Origin: Octopus sinensis
Taxonomy: Eukaryota
Length of the DNA: 64,000 nucleotides
Direction of reading: 5' to 3'
NCBI RefSeq assembly: GCF_006345805.1
Contig: NC_043000.1
Span: forward strand, 72,664,001-72,728,000
The translations under genes and the position numbers were made by a program. Under the pieces are notes generated by a model. The model was not told the DNA's origin and did not search any database. It saw only the letters and a program-made list of their open reading frames with translations. This document shows positions 1-11,255 of the stretch, piece by piece. Numbering within the stretch: position 1 is the stretch's first letter; each line of letters begins with the position of its first letter.

Positions 1-1
1 C

Positions 2-193
2 TGGGTTATAATAAACTCGGGTACCCCACATCAGGGTCAATACTCCAGTTGTGGACTTTGCTTAAAAGAATCTCTCAAAATTTTAACCCACAGCTCACCA
101 AAATACGAGACCTTCTCTATCTGTAAGCACAAATTCTTTCGCACTTTTAAATTCTTTTATAAATCTAAATGTAAGCTCAGCCCCCACGAATAG
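2..193 (+). pseudogene. Penelope-like element, C-terminal end of GIY-YIG region (fragment)
   Basis: Frame 2 reads WVIINSG...CGLCLKESLKIL...ETFSICKHKFF, matching the C-x-L-C-x-x-E...C-x-H tail typical of PLE ORFs. Confidence 0.55.
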
Positions 194-1098
194 CACCCAC
201 ATAAAACCCCTATGATTATTAACACATACTCCTTCTATATCTCTATAACTACCTTATGCTTTTCCTAATTTCTATCTACCTTGCCTCATCACACTATGAG
301 ATAAATATTAACTCTTTAATTTAACCTTAATTTGTTTTTAAACCTTAACCCAATAAATCCTCTAATATAGCCCCCTTAACTCTAACTCCCACTTCAACTA
401 GCTCTTCCTTTCTCGACTACCTACATACCCATAGCTGCATTGCTAAAAATAACTTTACAGCCACTGACCTTAGCCAGAATGGACACAAGCAATTACTACT
501 AAATGTCATCCCCCAAAACTTTAGACTTTAAGACTACCAGACTTCTACTTCTCTCTTTACATCTCTTTCATTTTGTTCTATTTTGTACCCTATCTTCCAC
601 TATCTCTTCATCTTTTCTCTTATCTTCTCGGCTGTCCCGTATACAATTCTTAGACTCCATGCACCTATGCACCTTACTTTACCCTATAGCCAAACCTTAA
701 AATCCCCTCCCCACCTCACTCTATCTACCTCTCTTTCTGTTTCTTTTCTTTTCTTTACTTTTACCACTTAATAGCCTATACTCTTCGACAGAAAGGCTTG
801 AAAGGAGAAAATTAGAGAGCGAACGAAAACTAAAATAGGGAGAGAGAAAAATGTGTAAGGATTAACGGTCCAACATGATAAAATGACCGGAAGAAAGAGG
901 CTGAGTGAAAGGGAGATAATAACGGCGACCAGGCTGAACTAGGGTGCGCGATGGCGTGTGTGTGTATGTAAGAATGGTATGTGTGACTGTGTATCTGTGA
1001 ATGAGGGCAAACGCGTTCGAATGTATGTGTGAGCGATCTTAAAATTAAGTGGGCCTGTGTGTGCGTATAAGAGCGTCTGTGTGTTTGTAATTTTTGAA

Positions 1099-1945
1099 TT
1101 CGTTTGGCGTCAGCACAGGACATCCTGTGACGAGATGGTCTATTGTTTCATCAAATTTATCGCAGAATCTGCATTTAGGGTTAGAACCGTTTTGAAGAAC
1201 GTTAGCCTGGTAGTTTTTGATCAGCAACTTTGATCTTGTGCTGCCAATATGAAACCTTCAGTCTCTGCTTTCAGTCCTGAGCTTCTCGGCCATTGATGGG
1301 TTGTTGTTTGATCTGCATCAGTATTTCGGCTTCGATGTATATACAGTCAATGCAGAGGTTTCTGATTCCACCTCTCCTCAATTTGTTTCTGTCCGTTCTT
1401 TTTGCAGCCTATTTGATCCGTTTTGCTTTTTTTCGTGGCAGTGGTTTCAGGTTCTTCATCTAATTCAGGGTTAATGCGAATTTGCAAGCTGCTTTGACAA
1501 TAAAGTGTGATTTTTTGCTGTATTTGTGTTTGCAAACAAGCCGCAGAATCCAGTCTTCTGTACTAGATAAGTACTTGTTCATTGCTATTGCGGATATCTT
1601 ATAGCACAGTTCTACCAGCATCATTCCTCTTCTCCCATTACTTCTAGGTAGGTACAGACGATCAACGTCAGCTTCTAGGTGGTGCATGTTCTTAGAAGTT
1701 AGTAGTTTTCTTGTCTTCCTGTCCAGACGTTGGAGTTCTGTAGATTCCAGTTGATGATGTTAAAACTATATTGGACTACTGGAAATACCAGTATGTTAAT
1801 GGCTTCGATGCAATTTTTGGAGTTGAGTTGAGTTTTTAGTACGAGTCGCATTCTTCTGTAATACTCCTTTCGTATTTTTTTTTCATAGTAACATGTTATA
1901 TACCTTCTCCGTTACTCCCCAGGTATTTATAGCTTTTTTGTGGTT
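1099..1945 (-). mobile_element. Degraded Dong/R4-clade RLE non-LTR retrotransposon fragment
   Basis: Peptides DVDRLYLPR, WNQKPLH and CRFCDKFDETIDHLVTGC are homologous to the ORF at 15163-16710. Confidence 0.85.
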
Positions 1946-2019
1946 GATAGGACTAAACAAAAATCTCTGCATGGCAAATATGTGGCCTATAGCAAACAAG
2001 CTGATGTAGATCTGTGGCT

Positions 2020-2213
2020 ATGGCAAGCCGAAAGAATCGTTAGCGCGTCAAGCAAAATGCTCAGCTATATTTCACCCGTCGTTACGTTCTGAGATCGATT
2101 TTGCCTTTCATCCTTTTGGGGTCGACAAATTAAGTATTATTCAAGAACTACGTTTGATGTGATCGACTATCCCCTCCTCTCAAACTCCAAGCCTTGTGCC
2201 TATAGTAGAAAGG

Positions 2214-2215
<2 letters not shown>
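2020..2215 (+). mobile_element. SINE-like repeat with (ATT)n tail
   Basis: Similar to 21667-21860 (gcctttcatcctt..ggggtcga...tgtgcctatagtagaaagg) and to 25970-26105 on the minus strand. Confidence 0.7.
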
Positions 2216-2253
<38 letters not shown>

Positions 2254-2282
2254 TATTATTATTATTATTATTATTATATGGG

Positions 2283-2534
2283 ATTGAGGTAACTCCTCCA
2301 GAAGATATAGAAGCACTTGATGACAATGGCACTCTTCTTTTTTTCTTTCTTTTTTTTTGCTTCTATATCTTTTTGAGGAGTTACCTAAATGTTATATATA
2401 TTAACCAAAATGAAGTAAACTGACAGCTTTATTTTTTTAATCTGTGGAAGACACACGAGATGTCGAAATATCGTTCACTTGATATCAATGGCACTCTTCT
2501 ATTTTTGCTTCTATATCTTCTGGAGGATCAACCT
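2283..2534 (+). mobile_element. Small Penelope-type pLTR remnant (partial tandem repeat plus inverted tail) with degenerate hammerhead
   Basis: Inverted repeat 2287-2315 / 2358-2386; direct repeat 2314-2386 / 2476-2534; CTGTGGA-A-GACA..TGTC-GAAA-TA-TC at 2442-2472. Confidence 0.5.
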
Positions 2535-2539
2535 TTTTC

Positions 2540-3167
2540 ATGTCGCTATCGTTCTCCTGTAGTCTTGCCTTTATTCTGTCGTAGATTGCCTTTTGTTCAT
2601 CTGTCATGTCGCCATTAATTGTCGCCAGTTTTATTGTCTTCTTTTAGATCATCTATATGTTTCTCATCAAGAAAACTACCACTGCTCTTTTCCTATGCTA
2701 TGAGATTATTCTTATTAGTAAGAACTGTGTTTTCATTGTTATCTCAGCTGCTATTTTCTATGACCCATCTTTTGATAGATTCGAGCTCTACTTTTGTGAA
2801 CCAACAATTTCTTCTTATTGCTCTAGCTTGATCACAAAGTCTCTGTTCCGTGAGTTTTTTTCCCTCAAATGATCACTCCATAATCACATCAATAATTTGC
2901 TTGCTCCATCTGCACCGTGTGTGCTGGTCCCTTTCTGGATATCGACAGGTTGGAGCCGGACCAGAATCTCTGAGCCTACCGGGTGTAACATTGTCACCAT
3001 CATTGGCTTCAGTTTCATTACCACCGTTATTCACAATATTTTGTTTTTTCATTGTCAATCATATGAGGTAGCGATTTTCAGGTTGCACAATTACCAGTGT
3101 TTTTATTGTGACAACATCACTAGATGTATCATTAATCAGCCCATGGGGAGGCTCCACCCGTTTCCTT

Positions 3168-3169
<2 letters not shown>
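2540..3169 (-). mobile_element. 5' portion of a Dong/R4-like element abutting (TAA)n
   Basis: ORF with TRCRWSKQ..VIME resembles the N-terminal KRNKWTREEYKEVI region of 17552-18019; starts at the TAA repeat. Confidence 0.65.

Positions 3170-3256
<87 letters not shown>
3170..3256. repeat. (ATT)n microsatellite, insertion target
   Basis: About 29 perfect ATT units directly upstream of Tx1 copy 1. Confidence 0.98.
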
Positions 3257-3257
<1 letters not shown>

Positions 3258-3479
3258 CTCCCGACGCCGATGGACGTACGTGAATCAGCTCTGTGAGTTT
3301 TGTGCCAATTTTATTGGAAATTTTTTAATAAGCTTGAATATTTTTTAATATTTTTGTAGCCAAACCGACCGGCTTCTTGCGGAGCTCGTCGTTGGTTGGC
3401 GAAATTTTGCCCCTTCGGGGTGAAATTGCTCTTTATTACATTGAAATTGACATTTTTTATGCACACACACATTTACAAA

Positions 3480-5357
3480 ATGGCTTAAAAACGAGCTGCT
3501 GGCTCTTCCCTCCTTCTTGCAACACCCCCTCCACAAGAACAAAAGGCAACGTCACGGGTTACGTACAACCCATTTCAAGCCGTAAAAGGCAACAAAGATC
3601 CTCCTTCCGAACCGGAGTGCACGCGCTCGGTTCAAAAGGAGAATGCAAGCCAGGACGTCGCGTTCGACGTCACTCTTGATTTCCCTCCTCTGCCTTCAAC
3701 AAGTGATGCTGTACCGAAGAGGGAGGAAAAGAAACTTATAGCAGACAAAAATACAGACAAGAACCAACAAAAAAATGTTAAAAACTCTAACGATTTTGCT
3801 TCTGCTGCGAAGCAAATTTCGGAAGATGTAGATATAACGATGGAGGACATAAATGGCACAAGATTTGTTGAGAAAGGAGGAACAGTGTTTTCCTCAACAC
3901 ACCTCAACAACTCACACAAGAGACAAACAAAAGAACAATCTTTTATAAAGTCTTCGAAAAGAAAACTAAAAGATTGTTTAACGCCACACCACAACAGTTA
4001 GAGATGGCTCTGAAGCCCATTTGGGGCCAGAAGAGCTATGTGACAAGAGGGAAGCGATTTGGAACCGTGGAGGTTCGCTTCCCAACAGAGGAGCTTGCAA
4101 GGGCGAACGCCATTTCGCCCTTGCAAAATGAACATTTGTTCCTCGTCCCGACGTACCTCGGGCGTAAGGTACAAAAAATAACTATAAGCACAATACCCCC
4201 CGAACAGAAAATCTCATGGCTAGTGGCGGCTGTCCTCTATGGCATAGAGGACACTGCCACTATTCTGAATGTTCGGAGGGTACGAGAAAAGAACTGGTCA
4301 GGCATGGGAATTCAACTGCTGGTACAGATCCAGCAGGAAAACATCAATGCCATACCTGACTTTGTCATCTTGCTGGATGGGACAAGGCTAAATGTTATTG
4401 TAGAGGGGCGAAAGCCAAAATGTTTCCTCTGCAGTAGCGAAAGCCACCTAAAAAGGGACTGCCCCATTCAAAAAAAGAGAATGAAGAATATAGCAAGAGG
4501 CAGCAGCAACAACAACAACAACAACAACAACAACACAAGCAACAACAACAGAAACAACAAAAAAGCAAGAACACCAAAGGATGCCACACCACCAACACCA
4601 TCACCAACACCAGCACCACCAAGACGACAACACCACCTCCAACAACAACAACCACCACCAAACCAACACCGACAACCACCACCAAACCAACACCGACACC
4701 AGTACCTCGAAGGTCGACAGCAGCGACATCAACAGTAACAGGAGCAGCGGCACCACCGATACCGGTGGAACCAGAAACTTTTCGTCCTGCTACTGAAGCA
4801 GACCCCTCAACCATTCCTTTGCCGGATGAAGAGATCTCGGATTGTGCGAGCTCCGATTCCAACAAAGGAGAATGGAACATAGTTCCTCCAAAAAAGAAAA
4901 GGAGGAAAAACAAAAAGATTTACAGGGGAAGCACGAACAAACAGTACTTCCCAACATCAACAACACATCAACAACAAACACACTCACAACAACAAACAAC
5001 AACAACAACACTTTCGACACCACTACTGCCACTACCACAGACACAAACAAACACAGACACAATTACAGACACGATTACAGCAGTGAATACAAGAACCCAG
5101 GAACTGGTTGAGTATTTGAAAAACAAAACAAGCACAAACATTACAGATTTCATAATACCTACACACACAACACACCACCAGCACACATTCTCACAATTAA
5201 AATAAACAAAACAGTTTACAACGAAATAAAACAAATATTCCCTAACGATGTGGGATCGTTAGGGAAAAGTTTCTCTCAGAAACTTTACAAAAATATTATT
5301 AAAGCACCCGTGCAAAAGCACAAGGGAGCCACCCCCACCACCAACAACAGTAAGTAG
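3480..5357 (+). CDS. Tx1 ORF1 (RRM-like region, CCHC zinc knuckle, low-complexity T/Q/P tail), frameshifted in this assembly; start approximate
   Basis: ORF pieces 3974-4738 and 4765-5205; knuckle CFLCSSESHLKRDC (CX2CX4HX4C). Confidence 0.8.
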
Positions 5358-5397
5358 AGCCTTTTTTTCTCTTTTTTTTTTCCCTAACTTTTGAAAC

Positions 5398-8300
5398 ATG
5401 GCAAATCTTAGAATCGGTTTTGAATGTGAGAGGCCTCGGGTCACCTTGGAAACAGGGTCACCTGTTAAACGACCTGAGGTTTCATGATGTGGATGTAGCA
5501 GCCATCAGTGAAACCAGGCTCTCCGACCCGCAGGAACTCGCAGCCCTTTTCGGCGGATACGAGATATTTCTATCTCCGTGTCGGCCGGGAGCGGGCGGTG
5601 GTGGTACTGCGGTGTTGTTTCGGAAGGGCCTGGACCTGAAAATAAGAACAGTCTTCTTGGATCCGGAAGGTAAGTTGGTGGTCCTCGACGTGGACGGTAG
5701 TGACGGCGGTGCTTTCAGACTGCTGGCTGCCTACGCTCCGACAGGAGCAGGGCAGTCGGATTATTTCAAACGTCTGGAAGTTTTCCTGGGAACGTCACGC
5801 ACTCTAGTACTAGTTGGGGATTGGAACGCTGTCTTAGACGAACGTTTCGATCGGGTGGGCAGGGGAGCGTCTGATAGGAGAGGGGGAGGGTGCAAGAGCC
5901 TCGCCAACCTACTCGGCCGCTTTCAGCTGTCCGACAGGTTTCGACTAGACAACCCGAATGTGCCAATGTGGACTTGGACAAACCGCATCGGGTCGTCTAG
6001 ATCGTACTTAGATAGAGTGTTTTGTAGGCCAGCGGATAAGGACAGCGTAGGGTGTCCACAATTCCACCTAGTCGAATATACGGACCACAAATTAGTGATC
6101 TGTACGGTCGACTTAGATAGGCTACATAGACAGGGACCCGGCTACTGGAAGCTGAACGCGTCGTTAACGGCGTGCAAAGCTTACAGAGACCGGATTAGTT
6201 TACTAGTTAAGCGGGCGCTCACGGGGGCAATCATCAACAACAACTGGTGGTTTGCCCTCAAGAGAGCAATTAGAGTAGAGTCGATTAGGTATAGTAAGAC
6301 TCTAGCTATTGAACGTAGGAAGAGAGAGCGGGATTTAGTTAAGAAACTAGACGAGGCTCTTGACACTGGCATCGCGACCGACGTGTTGGCGGCAAGGTTG
6401 GCCCTCGACCAACACTTCGACGCCAAACACGAAGGCTGCGTTGTCAGAGCTAAGGCACGTTCGCTAAGCGGGGAGGGGACTAGAGCCGCTCGATGGGCCC
6501 GCGTGGCGGAGGCGAAGCGAGGCAACAGAGCAACCATTCGGTCTTTGGTGGACCAGAACGGGCGCGAGGTTACCCAACCGAAGCAGATGTGTACGGTGCT
6601 TCAGCGGCACTTTGCTCAACTGTTTGGGACGAGCGGTGGAACGGACACCAACGGTACAGACTTCGGTGTGTACCTGGACGGACTGCCGCAACTCTCGGAC
6701 AGCGAGGCAGAGTGCTGCGAAGGACCGATATCTGCCTGGGAAGTACAGGAAGCGATGAAGAGTTGCACGAGAGGTAGATCGCCGGGTTTGGATGGTCTGC
6801 CCTACGAGCTTTACTTTTCAATGCCAGACTTGTTTGCGGACCTGTTGGCAAACGTCTACTGCAACTGGCAGCAAAACGGGAGAATTCCTGCTTTTGTCTG
6901 TCGAGGGGTGGTGGCTTTGCTAAAGAAGGACCCAAACAAGGGGGACGTTATAGGGAATTTCCGGCCCATCACTCTGCTCAATGCAGAGTTGAAGATTTTG
7001 GCCAAGGTGCTAGCCAAGAGATTGGCGCTTGTCGTGGACAAGCTGGTCGGCGGGACGCAGACATGCGCCGTGCCGACCAGGTCGATACACGACAACCTCC
7101 ATCTCATGCGCTACATCATAGAGAGGGTGGGTAACGACGCTGGCGCGGGTGGGGCTTTGATCAACTTGGATCAGAGTAAAGCCTTCGATAGGGTCGACCA
7201 TCGGTACCTGGCAGCTGTCCTCAAGGCAGCCGGCTTCGGTCCAGTCTTCCGCGGGTGGATCGCTGCTTTATACAGCAACATCTGCTCGGTGATACGGGTG
7301 AACGGTCACCTTTCGGAACCGTTCGACATCTCGCGTTCGGTCCGCCAAGGATGCCCTCTCTCCTCCCTCTTGTACATTTTGACTCTCGAGCCATTACTGC
7401 GCAAGTTGGAGGCTTTGAGGGGCATCCCGCGCGATCTAGGAGGCGGAAACAGCGTGTCTGCTTATGCCGACGACGTCACCGTGGTGGTGTCGAGCCACAG
7501 GCACATTGGCCTGATTGGCGAGACGCTAAACCAGTACGAAGCGGTGACAGGGGCAAAGATTAACGCGGAAAAGTCTGTGGGCTTGCAACTGGGCACCTGG
7601 AGAGGCAAGCCCATGCCGTCCAACAGCGTCGTAGGGCGCTGGACAGACGGACCCGTTAAACTGCTCGGGGTCTGGTTCGGTCCGGACCTCCAGGTGGATA
7701 AGAACTGGGAAGAGGTGACGAGCAGGGTGGCACGTCTCACCCAGAAATGGGCCGAGAGGAGCTGTCCCTGAAAGGTCGAGCGGAGGTGGCGAATGCGTAC
7801 ATCGCATCCGTCATCTATTACCGCTTGACCGTCGTCCCTTGTCCCGACCGCTGGTTGGCCAAGCTGGTACGCCTGCTCTTCGACTTTTTGTGGAAGGGTC
7901 AGGTGCCACTGGTCAGGCGATCCATCTGCTGTCAACGACCGCTGAACGGAGGCCTTGGAATGCCGTGGTTGCTGTTGCGCAGACATGCGCTCAGGCTGCG
8001 GCATCTCAAGCGCTTCCTAGACGGTGAACAGGTGTGGTCGTCTTTTGTCAGACGCGATTTTCCGCAGCTCGTCTCTTTGACGGAGCTGCAGACCTGGATC
8101 AAACGTAGACCGAGAAAGGGCGCTTGGCACCTCGAGTGCCGTCAAGCCCTCTCCGCCCTCCACCAGGCGGGCAATGCGGTCGGTTACAGCTCCACTCTAG
8201 CGTTCTATAGAGGGTTAGTGGAGGAAAAATGCGACGACGTTCTCGGGGAAACTCTAGGCGTTGAAGACGACGAACTGAGCGGTCTGTTCGGGAGGACTTT

Positions 8301-8828
8301 CGGGCCGGGGCCGATGGATAATTTCCAGAGGTCTCTCGCCTGGCAGTGCTACCGAGGGGCTCTGCCTGTTCGAGATAAACTCTACCGGCACGGAAGTGCC
8401 GTCAGCCGGGCCTGCCCGAGGTGTTGCCAGGACGACGAAACCGTTCTGCACGCACTCGTCCAGTGCCCGAGTATTGCTGAAATATGGTTTATGTCGAACA
8501 GCTACTGTCACGTGTAGGACGGATCCGACTATCGGCCGAATCCATAGTGAAGATTGCCCCGCCGACCTCCTTTAACAAGGAGGGCGAGGCCGTTTTCTTG
8601 TGCCTTGTGGCTGTGGCGAAAGAAGTCGTGTGGTGGACTCGTTTGAAAGGGCTAAAGTCAGACACTTTCCTCTTTGGTCAAGGCCTCATCAACTTTTTCA
8701 AGTTTCACTTGAAAAGGAAGATGAGGTTAGAGAGGAAAGTGCTGTCCGATAGCAAGTTTTATGAAAGGTGGGTGAATTGTGCGAGACTGGCCTGTATAAA
8801 TGGACCAGTTCTCAGGTTTCGCCTGTGA
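5398..8828 (+). CDS. Tx1 ORF2: APE endonuclease, reverse transcriptase and C-terminal CCHC finger (3 small indels)
   Basis: NVRGL, ISET, GDWNA, YLDR, TDH (APE); PGLDG, FRPITLLN, DQSKAFD, VRQGCPLS, YADD (RT); CPRC..ETVLHALVQC. Confidence 0.93.
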
Positions 8829-9352
8829 TTTCAAAGAAAAAGGTAATGTAAAAGGAGAAGAAAGGGGACTCTCTACACCCCCTTTTTTTGACCAGGCTCC
8901 CGTTGGCTTTTGTAGGGTTTTTTCCACCGGAACATTTCGAGACGTCTCCCCATTTTGGGAGTTTTTCATTGTTGAATTTTATAAGTTGTTATAAAGATTT
9001 TTACTCGATGTTTTTAAAAACGGCAAAACCCTTTGTAACCTTTCGTCCTGTCTTGTCCCTTTATGTAATCATGCGTGTCAGCCCTTGTGGCCAATAAAAA
9101 AGAAGAAATTATTATTATTCCTTCCGACGCCGATGGACGTACGTGAATCAGCTCCGTGATTTATTTTACACCAATTTCATTGGATCTATGTTTAGGTTTG
9201 AATATTTTTTAATATTTTTGTAGCCAAACCGACCGGCTTCTTGCGGAGCTCGTCGGTTGGGCGAAATTTTGCCCCATTCGGGGTGAAATTACGTTTTAAA
9301 ATTTTGAACATTTGACATTTTTCAACATTTGAATATTACAACAAACAAAAAC

Positions 9353-11211
9353 ATGGCTCTGAGCGAACAGTTGGCTGTTCCTTCCTTCAAGATACACTCC
9401 CTCCGCAAACACACACAACTCGTACAAAACACCCACTTCACGCCTTAAAAGGCAACAAAGATTCTCCTTCCGAACCGCAGAGCACGCGCTCCGTTCAAAA
9501 GGAGAATGCAAGCCAGGACGTCGCGTTCGACGTAATCTCGTTTTCCCCCTCTCCCTCTGCCTTCACCATGCTTTGGTACGGAAGGAGGAGGGAAGAAAAA
9601 CAATGCAAAAATCATCACAAACATTGACACGGAGATAAAAGAAAAAACTTCCAACAATTTTGCTTCTGCTGCGAAGCAAATTTCGGAGGAAGTTAAGATA
9701 CTCTAGAAGATGTGAAAAGAGCGAAGGAATTGTTAAGGAAGGATGGCAATGGTATCTTCCTCAATACTCCACAAGAGGTGATTGAAAGCACCAACAAGCA
9801 ACAATAATTTACAAAGTTTTCGACAGAAAACTAAAAAGAATAACAAATGCCACACCCCAACAGTTGGAGATGGCTCTAAAGCCCATTTGGGCCCAAAAGA
9901 GCTACGTAACCAAGGGGAAGCGTTTTGGAACCGTGGAGGTTCGCTTCCCAACAGAGGAGCTTGCAAGGGCGAACGCCATTTCGCCCTTGCAAACTGAGAA
10001 TTTGTTACTAATTCCGACCCACCTCGGGCGAAGAGTAACAAAAATAAAAATCGACCTCGTCCCCCCTGAGCTAAATATGTCATGGCTGGTGGCAGCTGTC
10101 CTCTATGATATAGAGGACACTACCACCATTCTAGATGTCAGGAGAGTGAGGGCGAAAAACTGGTTGGGGATGGGAGTGCTGCTTCTTGCGCAAATTCAGC
10201 AAGAATATAAGTAAAATCCCTGATTTCGTAAGTTTGCCGGACGGCACCAGGCTAAACGTTGCTGTGGAGGGGCGAAAGCCAAAATGTTTTCTCTGCAGCA
10301 GCGAAAGCCACTTAAAGAGGGACTGTCCCATTCACAAAAAGAGGATGGAGGCTTTCAGCAAGAGGCAGCAGCAACAACAACAACAACAACAACAACACAA
10401 GCAACAACAACAGAAACAACAAAAACCAAGAAACACCAAGGCTGCCACACCACCAACACCATCACCAACACCAGCACCAAGACGAACAACACCACCTCCA
10501 ACAACAACAACCACCACCAAACCAACACCGACAACCACCACCAAACCAACACACGACACCAGTACCTCGAAGGTCGACAGCAGCGACATCAACAGTAACA
10601 GGAGCAGCGGCACCACCGATACCGGCGGAACCAAAACTTTTCGTCCTGCTACTGAAGCAGACCCCTCAACCATTCCTTTGCCGGATGAAGAGATCTCGGA
10701 TTGTGCGAGCTCCGATTCCAACAAAGGAGAATGGAACATAGTACCTCCAAAAAAGAAAAGGAGGAAAAAACAAAAAGATTTACAGGGGAAGCACGAACAA
10801 ACAGTACTTCCCAACATCAACAACAACATCAACAACAACACACACTCACAACAACAAACAACAACAACAACACTTTCGACACCACTACTACTGCCACTAC
10901 CACAGACACAAACAACAGACACAATTACAGACACGATTACAGCAGTGAATACAAGAAACCAGAAACTGGTTGAGTATTTGAAAAACAAAACAAGCACAAA
11001 CATTACAGATTTCATAATACCTACACACAACACACCACCAGCACACATTCTCACAATAAAAATAAACAAAACAGTTTACAACGAAATAAAACAAATATTC
11101 CCTAACGATGTGGGATCGTTAGGGAAAAGTTTCTCTCAGAAACTTTACAAAAATATTATTGAAGCACCCGTGCAAAAGCACAAGGGAGCCACCCCCACCA
11201 CCAACAAGTAA
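9353..11211 (+). CDS. Tx1 ORF1 of copy 2 (frameshifted); start approximate
   Basis: ORF pieces 9864-10214 and 10186-11211 with the same CCHC knuckle. Confidence 0.8.
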
Positions 11212-11255
11212 GTAGAGCCTTTTTTCTCCTTTTTTTTTTCCCTAACTTTTGAAAC

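Larger units (their letters stand above)
3257..9107 (+). mobile_element. Tx1-clade (L1-superfamily) non-LTR retrotransposon, copy 1, near full length
   Basis: Gag-like ORF1 and APE-RT-zinc finger ORF2; 3' AATAAA with short A/AAG tail; flanked by ATT repeats; both termini shared with copy 2. Confidence 0.92.

Noticed and set aside
3130-3169. HDV-like ribozyme at Dong 5' ends (shared ctcccca-yg motif, also near 18060-18128)
   Set aside because: Could not build the P1/P2/P4 nested pseudoknot by eye; needs a descriptor search
5766-8511. Antisense and alternate-frame ORFs inside Tx1 ORF2
   Set aside because: By-products of the GC-rich coding sequence; no domain motifs
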